A stretch of 64,000 bases of DNA. It comes from the human T2T-CHM13v2.0 reference genome, Homo sapiens. The DNA lies in NCBI RefSeq assembly GCF_009914755.1, contig NC_060929.1; one strand, 5' to 3'. This document shows, one piece after another, positions 40,711 to 57,579 of this stretch. Each line of letters begins with the position of its first letter. Positions within the stretch are counted from its first letter, which is position 1. The notes beneath the pieces were generated by a model, which saw only the letters and a program-made list of their open reading frames with translations, was not told the DNA's origin and made no database searches. The translations under genes and the position numbers were made by a program.

Positions 40711-43290
40711 CACAAACATTTAATTTAATATTTGATAAGTAGAAGGCACCATGCTAGATTCTGTTACACTTTTTAAAAGAAACCTGTCTTGCCTTTTGGA
40801 ATATATGTTTGAAAAGATAAAACACAAAACTTGGAAAGCAATAATTTTATTAGACCTTTTTTGTATTTCAAGATTTATACTTTTAAAAAACATGTCTTGT
40901 AGCCATTTAAGAACACAATCATCTGTCAGATATTTTATTTTATTTGCTTAAGGGAAACAATCCGTGTACTATTTTTTTGCCAGTCAACTTTTCTCTCAGA
41001 GATATGTTATTCTGAAACCAAAATCAACTAAATCAGCATTTAATTATGAAATAACTGCAATTTTGTCATTTCCATTTGTTACAGAGAAATGTGTCCTTAT
41101 GAGAATAGGGGGATTTCTCTGGTCATCTCAACCTGCCCCACTTAGATGCTATGTTTTCACTTTGTCAGTACTCACCTGTTGATATTGATCTATTGCTTGT
41201 TCCATAGCATTGCCATTTCTACCACAAAAGATAATAGTAATGTTATCAAAAGTAAATGCTTTTTGCATGTTTTCTTTGTGATCTGGGTATTCACAGTTCT
41301 TTATGTGGATTTTCAAGTGTAATCCTCTTAATAACTCTCTGAGGTATATATTATTACTATTCTCACTTTATGGTGAGAAAAATAGTAATTTGTTCAGTGT
41401 TACTGTGCTAGTAAGTAATAGAGATAGGATTCTAATACTGACAGAATGGCACCAGGCAGAGGTTCCTACTCTTGACTTGTGGACTTGAATTGACTACATT
41501 TATGTTCTGGAAATGTACCACACACATTGTTGGGAGTTCACTGTTTGTGGTTTAATTGTGGGCAATTCATTCCTATAGTAAGTAGTGGAAATACTAGTTA
41601 CTATTAGTATTCTTGGTGTCTCACTCCAAATTTTGTTTGACTTTATCTATATCTGCAACAATAAATATTGCTATATTTTTCTAAAAGTGGCTGTGCTTTT
41701 TTATAAGCAAGAGAGAAAACATTTTCTAAATAAATACGGATGATTATCAGATGGTTTATTGTTGCTGTGATGCAGACTGATACCTAAGGAAATCAGAAAA
41801 CGTTCTTAAATAGTAAGATAAGTGACATAGGAAATCAGATGAGGAAATGAAAATTAAAGAAACTTTTCATGTTGAAAGGAAGAGAGATAGACACAGGAAG
41901 AACTATCTCTTGGTTCTGTGAAACAGATATTTTACCTAAGTTGGTCCCACTAATTTTTTTCTATATCTTACTTGTATTTACATTGCAATATATTTTGCTG
42001 TAAATTCAAGAGTAATGTATAAAAATAATATATAATTTCTTATGGGATATTAACCAATTAACTGATTCATTGACCATTATTGAGCCCATCTGACACATTA
42101 CAGTCTGTAGTAAGTCTCAGAGACATAAAGAGTGTAAGTTATAGCCCACTGGTGATTAAACAGGTTAAATAAAACTCAGGTTTCTATAGAATTCTATGCC
42201 TATTCTATTTTATTACATTTGCATTTGTTAGATCTCGCTTTCCAAAGTTAGACTGTCCCATGTTTTTTTTTTTCTTTAAGCCTGATTGTTTTTTGATGAC
42301 ATAAATCCTCTTTAACCTTTATTCTCCAAAAGTCCTAAAATTTTAGTCACTGCTTTTATACTATCTGTCACTCCATTCAGAGGTCTAGGTTAGCATGTCG
42401 CACTCTCTGCAATACAGGGAACTAAACTACTTACTTACTTAGAAACTCCCTGCTGCTCCTTCTTCGCTTTTGTTTACAAAAATTATAAATGTCACTCTCA
42501 GATTTGAGTCCTGACACATAACATTTTGCATCTGCGTAACGCTCACATTAACATCCCAAGAATTGTTCAGGAAGTCCTGGATTTTCAATTTAAAAGTGTC
42601 ATTTATACTCTCATCACAAAACCAAACCAAAACCAAATGCATAGTTCTCTCCATTGTGGAATCAACTAGAGTGTTAATGCAGCAAATTGTTTTAGAGATG
42701 GTTTTTAAATGTAGTTTGTGTCTTCAGGTTGTTTTTGAAAAACAATAAAACAAGGACTTATTGTCAGAAATGCCAGTTTTATCAGCCTCTAAATTCCTAA
42801 TGCCCTTTTCTGTTATACTCACCTTAATCACCTCAATCGTGGATTGGTATAATGGTGTGAACTGCTGAACTCTGCTAGAGAAAACCATGTGGTTATGTGA
42901 ATAACAGTTCCTGCAAAGCTGGGCTTCTGTCTTTGATACTTGGCAATCGTTCTATGTGTCCTTGATTAATAGACTTTCTCATTTCCCACATCAACATGTG
43001 ATATGAGAATTATGATCTCATTCTCTTCTCCTGTCATGTGAAATGTCCTGGGTTACTTGCTCTGAGTGGTTTGACAAGGCATGAGATTCCAGTCTGCTGA
43101 TTCCCAAATATGTTTGCACATGTCTGTCACCCACTTAGAGTAATGCTCATTCTTACTGAAGCAAAACCAACTGAGAAACCTGAGAATCTATATTTTTGTG
43201 TATCCGGCATTAAGCAGATGTTTGTAACTAAGGTTCTTATTTTCCAAGTGAAATTAAGAACACCCAGTTATAATTTGGTCCAGTTTTAGG

Positions 43291-43950
43291 TGTTAACCAA
43301 AAAATGACTGAGGCAGGTCTCAGTCGATAAAGATTTATTTAGCCACGGTTGAGGATGGGAGATCCAGGGAGATCAAAAATGCGTCTGTGACCCTTTTCCA
43401 AAAGGGATTTTGGGAACTTCAGTATTTAAAGGGGAAAGAGCAAGCAGGAGGGAAGAAGAGGAAGGGCAGGCAGTGAGGCAAATGGTTACATTCTTATGAG
43501 GTTCTGATTAGCCTCAGTAAATCTACATTTTATATGTGAAAAGAGGGAGTAGAGGAAAAAGTTACGTATTAATCACAGGGTAGGCACAAGGATGTCTCTG
43601 GTCTTGGTCCTTGCTCTCGCCCTGTGAAGATAAGCTAATAATTGACATTGTCAGGATGAGATTCAGCAGAACTTGGTTTTAGGGCTAGTTTACAGTGGGT
43701 ATGTCTCCTGAAAGATTTGGGGGCTTCAAGGAATTTCCTTGTGAGGGAGGCCATCTGGGGAGATGTGTGACCTTCTATTGTTGTGGAAACCTGTCTCATG
43801 GGTGAGGCTATGACACGGAGCTGTGAAATTACAGCTATCCGTTTGGGAACAAAAGGAAAGCAGTATGGCCTGACTCAGTTCCCAAACTTAACTTTCCCTT
43901 TGGCATAGTGAGTTTGGGAGTCCCAAGATTTGATTCTGTTTTCTTTCACA
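43291..43950 (-). mobile_element. ERV1 solo LTR (MER4 family)
   Basis: tgt...aca termini; tgactcagttcccaaacttaactttccctttggcatagtgagtttggg. Confidence 0.85.
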
Positions 43951-44920
43951 AAGACATTCCCATGAAAATTGATGAGAAACTGAGCATGAGGATAAACCTA
44001 GGTATGTCCCATTTTACCTTCTAAGAGTAAAACGGGTAGGTCTGCTTGTATTTAGACCTGACTTTAATATTTGAAGAATGGATGAAAAAGCACAACCTAT
44101 TAAAACCCTCCCCTAACCTTCAACATGGAAGTTCAGATATCAACTTCTGAAATACTAACTAAAATAATAATTATGCCAAAAAACTTTTAGTTCAAAAACA
44201 TGGTTTAAAAAAAATCCAAACTGAATAGAAATTAGTTTTAATACTCAAATAACATCTTTAGTTTTATGAGACAAATAGAGACTACTGCATGTTTAAGCCT
44301 AATTAGACCTGATCCTGTATCTTACTGTGGATCTGCCTTAATTGCTGTGGGATTCTCTCTCTCTCAATGAACGGTACACCTTTCCTCACCCTGAATGTGT
44401 GTCTTGACCACAAACAGAACCCAAAGCATTGACTATAAAACTGTAAATACAGAGAATTAAAGGCTTCTAAGTTTGTAGTTCTAGAAGATATTCATATAAT
44501 TATTCTTGCATTTTTTCAATACCAGTTTTTAAATAGGAATTTATATTTACTCTGCTTATTTCATTTTTAGTAAGAAAAATCACGGCAATAGTTTTAAACA
44601 GTGGATATACAAATCAAAATGCTACTTCATAATATGCTTCAAAGAAAACTATTTTTTATTAAATACTTATCTTTGTATACACATTGAGTTAAGGCAGTAG
44701 AGCTAGCTTCTCCAGGTTCCCTTATATTAATACTTAAACAGCTTTCCATACCTCAAGGATATTTTTTAAACCTTATCTCACTTGGTATTTTTATCAACTT
44801 GAGAGCTAGATATTATTTTTATTCCCATTTTATAGATAGGAAAAATGAGCTGTACACATGTGCTCCAACAGGAATAAGCTCCACTTTTATCTGTTTTGTA
44901 TATTGGACTTATGTGAAATA

Positions 44921-45040
44921 TTTTGTTGAAACAAAAAGACCATGGCAAAAATATTTGAAAACCACTCATCTACACCATGCTTTTGTTGAAACAAAAAGAC
45001 CATGGCAAAAATATTTGAAAACCACTCATCTACACCATGC
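44921..45040. repeat. Perfect 60-bp tandem duplication
   Basis: 44921-44980 is identical to 44981-45040. Confidence 0.98.
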
Positions 45041-46776
45041 TTTTCTCTACATAAATACATAGCTAGATTCTTAGAGTTGTATTATTTCTATTACCAGTAG
45101 AGGGTAATTTAAATTCATGGAAAACATAAATTTCTTAAAATACAATTAGGTTCTAAAATATTCTTCAGGGCTTAATACATTTTTTGAAACATGTTTTTGT
45201 TGATCACATTTAAATTGCTTTGATTCAAATAACGTTAAAAATGTTTTCATTTTAGTTGAAAACTTCTAAAATATATCTTATTTTAGGGACATATATAAAT
45301 ACATTCCTCATGCTTTTAAATCGTGCCTAATGAATATTTTATAGCAAATATGTACGTGTTGATAATAGAGGGACTTGCTATGGTTTTACAATCTAAATTA
45401 GAGTGGTTAATTGCTTCCAGGCAATATAATATAATATTAAGAATAGGTAGTATTTTACAAATTGGGACTAATAGTCTTTTTGTGAACTCAGAATGAATTA
45501 ATAAGTAATATAACATTTGGTTTTATTTAGGCATACATACTTTGTATTAAATTATGTACAATAAAACATGGCAATACACTTAACTGGTAATAGCTCTTAA
45601 AATGACTATGTGCGTTTTGAATTGATGCTAGCACATTCTGTGTAAATAACATAGTCATAGAATTTGTCAGGGTGGAGGATTGGGTGGGAATAGGATAAGG
45701 CTAGCCCACAATATAACTACTTGTGTGTCTTTAAGGGAGTGATTCAGTTTCTCTTCCTTGAATAAGATGTTCCTTCTGTGAGCGAAAGAGACATCTAATC
45801 ACTTAATGTAATTTGAGAACTTTCTTTTAGTGCAGTATCTTGTGTTAACACTTTGAACTTCTCGGAAATAAAGTGTGAATAAACAAGGAAAAGGGAGAAT
45901 TACTACTCTACAAAAAATAAATATACAAACACCTCAAAACTAAAGTCATTTACGTCTTACATCTTAAATACTACTTGAACCTTCTAGTAAAAATGAGCAA
46001 GAGATACAGAATCATTATTTTAAGAATTTACTAGCATTTACTTAGTATGGTGTATGGTATATAAATTAATCACATTATGACGTTTGTAGTTGCTGTGTTA
46101 AAAAGGAAAGATAAAATTATTTTTATAAGAACGTATTCCTTACTTTTACTTCTCGTTTTTTAGTATGATGGCAAAGTGTTTTGGTTTTTGTTTCCAAAAA
46201 GCAGATTTTCTAGGGTGCCTGATTTCTGTCTGATTTCCTTCTTCAAACTATTGGAGTAGCAGAATATACCTAGAAATCTGCCTTATTCACTTGAGTATGG
46301 AAGAGGGTTACTTTTAAACCAAAAACATACAGGAAAGAAAAGTGTTTCCATAAAGTAATCAAATCATAGCTTCATCCTGAGGAATGCAGGTGTTTTATTT
46401 AAAATAATGAGTCAGTTGACAAGTCAATAAAGTTGATTTAGAACTTTCAAGATTGGAATATAAACAGACCAGGGTTGGGGGGCACTGAAACAGAAATGCA
46501 GAAAAAGGCTTTATAATAAGCACTGAAATTTTGCTTGTTTGTTATTCGTGATAGGAAATAGAGAGGTCTCGGTGAAATTGCCAAAAATCATTTGCGACAA
46601 AGTCAGAATGACACATGAATACCTAGGATTGGTGACAAAGTGTGTTGATAGAGATTTATAATAACTGTGTCTATCGCATTTTTCCTTTTCTTTGAAATTT
46701 TTCCTGGATTGAAAATTACCTGAAATTTCAATCTCGCGTAGTAAGATATTTTATTTCATTTTATTTCCATTGGGTG

Positions 46777-48940
<2,164 letters not shown>

Positions 48941-50612
48941 CACAATTTGGTACTGAAAAAGCAATGTCTATTGTTATAGTCCCTGGAATGTGTGTGTATA
49001 TGTACACGCACACAGACACGCACACACACACACAAATATACGTATTTAGATGTTCACAAAGTAAGCATAGTTCAAGGTTCAGATAAAAACTAGTCATAAC
49101 TCATGTCAGTAAATGAGCCTTTGAGATTGATGGATTTTAATCATATAAAAGTGATGGTTATTCTAAAAGAGTATTGTTAAAAACAAAGTGCCCTTTGTGT
49201 CACTGTTTACTTCCTCAGTAGTTGATAAAAGAATAAATTCCCAAGGCCTTTTATGATATCTAAGGTTTATCTTCTCCTTGGATTCTTGTTTATGTACTGT
49301 TTCATTGTATTGAAGCACCAGAATAGCATTTGACACTATCGTAAATATGCAGTAAGTGGTTGCCACTCTTATATCATACCATGCTCTAAGCCCCAGAAAA
49401 TGAACAAAAGAAGCAATATAATATCCATGGGGAAAATTTAGGGTAAAGCATATAAACATATAGATACACAAAAAAATTGGAGAAGATTAAAAGTAAACAC
49501 TCAAGTTAAAGGAAAAGTTGTTGAAATTGAACAGTTTGCTCTATGTATATCTAAATATATATTGCAGAGTGTGTATAGCTTGAATCTGGATGAAGAACTT
49601 TCTCTACTTTCTCTCATGGTTCTGAAGTTTCTGAAAATGGAATCAAATGCACTTTTAAGTCTGACAAAGGAAATATATAGATTCATTTTTTTTCCCTAAA
49701 ATTCTTTTTGGAGCAAAGTCAACCAGAAAGCTTTGTATTTGGACAGGCTTTCTATCTATAAAGCCATGCATATGGGCCAATTCTGAACATAAATGATGTT
49801 CAGAATGGGGCCATACATCCCCACTGGTTAAGCAGAAGACCAAGTTGGCCTCTGAAAGAAGTAAGCGTAGGAGCAGTGGCACTAACAAATGCCTTTTGTC
49901 TGCTGTGCAGAGGCACCGTGGATTGCATCGTGTTAGGCTTCATCAGCTACCTAATGCAATGTAACTTGGGAGATAAGATAAATCAGAGGAATGACACTGT
50001 ATTAGATTTGAAAGATGAGAGCTCTTCCAAAGTAATTGCAGAGTGTATATTTCAGTGCTGTTGACTTCATGAGGTTATAGAAGTCAATAACCGTTTCGTT
50101 TGCAACAAAACGAGTCTTTCAAGAGCTGAGTAGCAAGTAAACAGAATCATGCTATTTTTTTTTTGTTTTTTTCCAACAAAATTTCCCAGGAAAAAGTGGA
50201 ATTCTCCTTTATATGTTTGTTTTATACAGCTTTCATATTTAAGCTCATTATTGTTATATCACCAGCTTAGGTATTTACATTTTCTGTGCATCTCATGTGC
50301 AAATGTGTATGAAAGCACGAGAGATAAATTTTCCTATTTAAGGATATTTTTACTGCTAAATTGTTCTGAGTGTGTCTAAAACTAACTGAAAAGGATCTTT
50401 TTTATAATATTTTTTACTCTATATTAGTAAATGACTCTTTACTAATTGTTACCTAAATTTAAGAATTTATTTCGTATTAAAATGGTATGATTTCCTTTTT
50501 AAAAAACACTTAAACCTTGCATTTTCTATTTATTATGTGAAATGTTGTGAATTTAATTTTGATATTGAGAGTTGGAAAAAAGTTTTGTGATTGATTCCTT
50601 TTTCTTTTGTAG

Positions 50613-50705
50613 CCTACCGTATGTGAACGGGAGCTGTGTGTGTTTGCTTTTCAAACCCTGGGAGTAATGAATGAAGCTGCTGATGAAATAGCAACTGGAG
50701 CTCAG
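50613..50705 (+). CDS. PARP8: PARP8 coding exon (PTVCERELCVFAFQTLGVMNEAADEIATGAQ)
   Basis: tttcttttgtag acceptor, gtagta donor, 93 nt. Confidence 0.95.
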
Positions 50706-53397
50706 GTAGTAACACAGGATACTAATTATTTCTTATTTTGCTTTGAAAAATTTGTTCCAGTCCACTAGTTATCTTCATTCTGCTATTCTTTGGGGAAAAT
50801 ATTTGATAACTTCTAGTTAAGTGGCAAATTGGCATTTGATTTTTTTTATATGTAAACTAAATGTGATCTCTCCATCTAATGTGTGTTTCGTTATTTTGTG
50901 ATTGCCAAGGAGAGAAATTAAACCAACTTTCCATTGCATGAAAAATAATTCTAATTTCTTCTTACACAGTGAAGTGGAGATATTGAAACCCTCGTGCATG
51001 CTTTATGTAAAATTTATTTGTAAAGATAACTGCCATAAAATGGAAGCCAATTTATTTTTAAAACTTAGGTGAAAAGATAATAGGCAGAGTATGTAATAAA
51101 AAGAGAACATTCAGTTTTACAGAGCAGTGTTTCAGAGATAGGAAGAAAAGCAATTCCATCAAAATTTCCAGATTTTTTTTTTCCCTCTTAACCTGACTAA
51201 ACTACTAATTCATCTATAAGAAAAAAAATAAAAGAAAACTCTAAAAAATTAATGAACATTAATTAAGAGAGACTAGACCAACCACATACAGAAACATATA
51301 TGCAGTGCTATAACGTTTTAACAAAATATAGTATTGGCAAAGAATAGTATGGCAGATCAATGGCAGATTATCCCCCAAATGGATCAAATTATGAATAAAT
51401 TTAATGTATGTTAAAGTAGGTTTCAGCTCCTCACTTACTGAAGCATTATTTAGTAAGGGAAGTAGAAACAAATGGCCTGTAACGGGGAAAAATTGGTTTA
51501 GCGCTTTACCTTACACTGTGTGCAAAAACAGATTTCAGATAGCTTAACGAATACCTAGTTTTAAAAAATTATTTGCTAATACAAACTATAGGACAGTAAA
51601 ATTTAACATGCACAACTTGAGGCAGTGCATCAGGCTTATGAAGGCACAACAGTTTAATAATACAGATGGTAGCCTAGAGCTTAGGAATGTACACACTCCT
51701 TGGCCTAGTCATTTTAATTAACTAAAACTATTTTGCATCCACCTGATGAAATATTTAGGGCAGTATTTTTCATATAATTGAAGTATAAATGAAACAAATA
51801 ATACAAAGAGTAGAATGTTGGTCTTATATGATATGAAAAAAATGATTCCATGATTAAAATAAATTTCCAAACTATAGCTTCGTATTTCCCCCACACCCAA
51901 CATGCACACATTTGCATATTAACGGTTCTGAGCATCCCTATAACTAAGAAAATAGCTAGCCTATACTTAGAGGGTTACTAAAATATATCTGACTATGGAG
52001 AGCCTTTTTCTTTTCCATCCTTCTTTTTTAAATGTGAAAGTTTTTCTTGTCCCTTGGAAATAATATTGCTAAAAGGAAAAAAAAGGTACTTTAATATGTA
52101 TGGTATTTATAGCTATGTAAAAATAATTAAAACCTTACAAGGGATATGTTGTATGAGTATGCTCACATGTATATTTATATAGATTTGTGTATGTGCATAT
52201 ATGTTAAAAATTCTTCAAGTAGTATACTTAAAATTCACACATTTTACCGTATGCAAGCTTCCCTTTAAAAAAGAAATTAAAGGCTAGTAATAGTAAATTA
52301 TAAATTAGAAGGAAAAGTAGTATGCTAACAGTATGGTATGTTGATAGAATAATAGTTGGCCTTTTAAAATCATTGTTACATCATAAAATTAATGGTTTTG
52401 AATAGAAATGAAATTCAAATTATATAATGATTGATACAAAGCACAAGTATTTGATCAGCTCAATTTAGTGATGTAATTCTAAAAATCAATATCAAAAGAT
52501 CAGAAAGTTTAGTAATTCTACTCCAAAGACAGCATTTTTTTCATACTTTATTTCTTAAAACAGGTTCCCCAGTATTCTGTCATAATCCTAACGATTACAG
52601 GGAAATCACTTCTTTTTCTAAACAAAAAGAAACCACCTCAGGATCTCATTGCCTCAGTTTACCCGTGCATTTTAAGTGGTGCTCTGGGGGCTGCAAAGAC
52701 ATTCCTCAGGACCATTGCAGGGGACTTGCCTGGAGCAACAGTGTCCTGTGGTCTAAGCAGCTGCTATTCCAGCACCCCAAATACTACTTCAACAGAATAG
52801 TTCCATTTTATTTGTTTAGATATTGGGCTCTCATCTAAGATTTTTTTTAAATTACTATTGCAGTATTGGACAATGATTGGTTTATAATTCTGAATCTGCT
52901 TCCTTTTTTAGACTACATTGTATACCCTTAGGCTCTTCCTATAGGTGCCTTTCTTAGTCACATGGACTTCCAGTTATTAAAAGACTAATGACTAAAGACT
53001 AATGACCGAATTTTTCTCATTTGCCTGAAAGGGGTGTGTGTGGGGAGGGTTGCTCTGCCAGTTGAATTGTAGGTAATGTAATGTCCTTTGGAGGCACCTG
53101 ATTCTGTAAATTCACAGACCTTTTTATCTTCACTTATCAAATGTCCTAATTTTTCTTGCTTAAACCTAATATTTCTTTGCATTTCCATCCTAAGTATCTT
53201 AGTCAACTGCCAAATTGCTTCTTCATTTGTATCATTCAGTCAAAGAAGGCAGATATATGTGTGTAACTTGTTGTCCATAGCATGCATCATATATACTAAG
53301 ATTCTATTTAGAATCTTTAATTTTAAATCGTTGGGAGTGGGGAAATATATCATTTAGGCGCCCCCCCCCCAAAAAAAAGAAGTCATAGTTGTGTGCT

Positions 53398-53710
53398 CTT
53401 TTTTATTTTTTCTTTCTTTTCTTCCCCCTCGAGAGAGCCTCTTTCTGTCACCCAGGCCAGAGTGCATTGGTGCAATCTCAGTCATTGTAACCTCTGCCTC
53501 ATGGGTTCAAGCGATTCTCCTGCCTCAGCCTCTCTAGTAGCTGGGATAACAGGTCCATGCCACTGCACCCAGCTAATTTTTGTATTTTTTTGTGGAGACA
53601 GGATTTGGCCATCTTGGCCACGCTGGTCTTGAACTCCTGATCTCAAGGGATCCTCCCGCCTCAGCCTCCTGAAGTGCTTGGATTACAGGCATGAGCCACC
53701 ATGCCCAGCC
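53398..53710 (-). mobile_element. Diverged Alu
   Basis: consensus match. Confidence 0.9.
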
Positions 53711-53719
53711 TCTCTTACA

Positions 53720-53859
53720 TTTTTATTTTTATTTGTTTTTTTGGAGACAAGGTCTCACTGTGTTGTCTGGGCTGGTCTTGAACTCCTGGGCTCAAGTGAT
53801 CCTCCCACCCCCGCCTCCCAAAATGCTGGGATTACAGGCCTGAGCCACCACACCCAGCC
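53720..53859 (-). mobile_element. Alu left monomer (FLAM-like)
   Basis: single arm with T-rich tail. Confidence 0.85.
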
Positions 53860-53964
53860 TTTTATTTTTTAAAGTGGATGTTTTAGTCCATGAGATACTT
53901 AGAAAAATTAACATATGCAAAGGAATATAAATCCAAATTGTATTATAAATGTTTTTCTTCTTAA

Positions 53965-54335
53965 AAAGTCTAATGCTAGCTTCTGTAACAGATAAACCAT
54001 AAAATCACGGGCAGCTTAACATGGTAGCATTTTGTCATTCACACACTCCAATTAGAATGTTTGATGGGCCACTTTCTGTGTGGTGACCGGGGGGACTGGA
54101 CCCCTTCGATCATGTGGCCCTGCTGTCTTTACTATATGCCATGTAGTAGAGAAACTGAGGAAGACATACCTTTCTTTGCATCAGGTCAGCCCCTTTCCAC
54201 TGATGATCTGGTGAAAGCCAGTGGTTAAGACCTTATTCAGACAAAAAGGTGGAAATGTGCTTTGCTGAGCAGCTGCTTCCAGGTATTAGCGCTGTGTCCT
54301 GGAAGTGAGCAAGGAGTTGGAAACTTTGGTGCATC
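53965..54335 (-). mobile_element. Old MLT1-like LTR
   Basis: ctagcttctgtaacagataaacc and gaaatgtgctttgctgagcagctgcttcc. Confidence 0.55.
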
Positions 54336-54523
54336 CCATGTAATTGAGTCACAGTAGTTACACTTTTTTTTGAAGTTAGGCTAGGACATATATTAACAGA
54401 AATATTCTACCAATTAAATTTACTACCCATTATTACATTATAATTTACTTAAATATACTAGTAAAAATATTGGTCAAAAATGCATGGACTTTTATAAAAC
54501 TTCAATTGCATAGTAGGACATAA

Positions 54524-54922
<399 letters not shown>

Positions 54923-55799
54923 AAGGCTATTTTATCTTACTGATTCTTCTTTGTCAGTTCTTGTTTGGGTTTTCATTAGAGACCAGATAATGCTGAAAAC
55001 AATCTGTATCAGGGTTAATGTGCATCTCTAGAGTAGAAGGAATGTGAGGGTGGGAGAGGAAGACAAAAAGGAGGGTTTTATTATGTCCTTATTATGTTTA
55101 TTGCTTGGAATATAACTTCTTGCATATATCTATATATATGTATGCATGTATTTACATACACACACACAAATGAAATAGTGTGTCAGGAACATTAGATGTT
55201 TCCATTCTAATGTTTTCAGAGTGTGTCTTGTGGATATGCATGTCTATGTACTCGGGGCATGTTATGTCTGGTGTCTTGAGCGTTGCTGATTATTTTAGGT
55301 CACTGGAAATTCTGGATGCTATGATTGGGTGGGTGTGTTTTGTGAGTACCCACACAACATAGTCAGCTCTGCTGTCATTAGGTCACAATACTCCTCTCTT
55401 AGAAGCAGGACAATCAAAAATTGGCCCCCTCTTACTGTGCATTTTTTAAATGCCTGTCTAAAGACTTTCTAGAAATAGCTTTCCCTATAAAGATATATAT
55501 GCTTCCTTATTAAGTCACTTGTGTTCACACTGTAGATATGTCTGTTCAGGTGAACTCTGACCATTTAGGCAGTATCAGTTTTCTTTATTCAGTGGCCAGA
55601 ATATATTGTTTTGGGGACTGGCAAGGGGAGCCATGCTATCAAACTGCTATATAGTACTGCCTCTTAGTAGATTGTGCAGAAGAATCATAGGATAACAGGA
55701 TAACACAGGAATAAAGCCATTGTCTTTAGCCAATCAAAGGTCATTAGTGGACTTGGATAGAGGAGAATAGGAAGAGGCAAGATGTTGTCAGGCAATTAG

Positions 55800-56190
55800 C
55801 TATTCCTGGAGCATGCCAAAGTCTTTTCCTGCACATGGGGCTTCCTTCCCCTGGAACAGCTTCTCGCCAGATGGTCGCATGTCTCCTTCCTGACCCCGTA
55901 CAGGTCTCTGTTGAGATTCACCACCTTTCTTAGCCACTCTAAAACAATGTCCCTTTCTGCATTATTCTCTAGTGCCTACTTTATTTTTTTATAACATTTA
56001 ACAGTATCAGAAATTCTATTGAAGCATCTATTTGTTTAACTGATATTTTATTGTGTATCTTCTCCCCTAGACTATCAGCTGCACCAGAGCAGGGACTTGT
56101 CTGTCTTGTGCCTTGTCTTACCATAGGGTCTAGAACAATACTGGCATATAATGTGTGCCTTTGAAAAAGAGATATTAAGTTGTGAGTAAT
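55800..56190 (+). mobile_element. L2 3' fragment
   Basis: ctagactatcagctgcaccagagcagggacttgtctgtcttg...ctagaacaatactggcatata. Confidence 0.75.
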
Positions 56191-56391
56191 GAGAAGCAGC
56201 ACATGTTTGTTATTTTGAATTGATGGTAAAGTTTGGTCAAATGTGGTCTCAAGTCTTGCATTACACATTTGAGAGATTGGTAGCAGTCCTGATCTTCCTC
56301 ATTAACTTATGCTACCTTGAGAGGGAGAAACAATGGCAAAGCACTGGATAAAACCTGAAGGGTAGTAACTATCTTATGTGTATATTTCAAG

Positions 56392-56517
56392 GTGGTAGAT
56401 CTACTAGTATCCATGTGTAGGTCTGCGTTGGAATCTCCTAGAAAAGTTGTGATTTTCGAGCCATATCCTTCTGTGGTAGATCCTAATGATCCTCAGATGT
56501 TGGCCTTCAACCCCAGG
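56392..56517 (+). CDS. PARP8: PARP8 coding exon (VVDLLVSMCRSALESPRK...MLAFNPR)
   Basis: tttcaag acceptor, gtaagt donor, 126 nt; ORF 56392-56586. Confidence 0.95.
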
Positions 56518-57513
56518 GTAAGTTGTTATCATGGCACACCAATCACAAAGTTTTCTTTAACAATAACAACAATATTGAGATTGTAGTCTCATTAGGTTTC
56601 CTCTTTCTATCTAAATCTCTATCTCATCAAGCATATCCATGAGTATTTAATTTCATCATATATTTTTGGGGATTCCGACTTACATAACCTCATTTTGATT
56701 TTAAAGATCATGGGTAAAGGGACAAGTTTTCCTTTCTTTTCTGCATTTTCACTTCAACCCTCCTTTCCTCTTTCCCTTCTTCCTCCCCAGCTATCTGAAG
56801 GTTAGTGAAAGTTTAGTTCATACTGTTAATGGACTGGCCTTTCTTAAGGAAGCAGTTTTATAAATGTTCCTGAAGATAAGGCAGAATCCTTTTGAAATTA
56901 CAAAACTTTCAAATTGCATAAGAGCTGAAGTTGCCTCAGTTTCTATTACTACTCAGCTTGAAATAATTTTATAGAAACAACTGTATACAATTTTCTTGGA
57001 AGAACTTTATTTCTTCATAAATGGCAACAGCGCACATATTTAGATCTTGCTTGAAAATGAATTGTCAGCTATGTGACTGTATGCTATCATTTGTATACTG
57101 TCAACCATACTCTTGTTAACAATATTCAACTCAAAATAAAATAAAAGCGGTTGTGAGATTTGAAGTGGGTTTTTGTATTTTAGGATTCTATGTTGACTTT
57201 ATTCATTATGGCTTAGTGTTTTAGTGGTGAAAGCCTGAATCAGGAGCCCCATAACTTTTTTGTGTTTCTAGATTTTTTCCGCCATGGCTTATAGAAGGAT
57301 TGGCATTGTTTTCTTTGTTTCTTTTCTCTGACTGAAGTCCTGGAGCCATCTTATTATAGTCTTCCCTTTTATGTACACCAAACAGTCATTTCTTTCAAAT
57401 TGACCCCAGTGGAAAATTCACATATGGAAATAATATATTTCTCTAGTGATATACAGACTTGCAAGAGCTTATAAGCAAATGCTGTTTTTTAACATCACTT
57501 TTTCATTAAACAG

Positions 57514-57579
57514 AAAAAGAACTATGATCGAGTAATGAAAGCACTGGATAGCATAACTTCTATCAGAGAAATGACACAA
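57514..57579 (+). CDS. PARP8: PARP8 coding exon (KKNYDRVMKALDSITSIREMTQ)
   Basis: aaacag acceptor, gtaagt donor, 66 nt. Confidence 0.95.
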
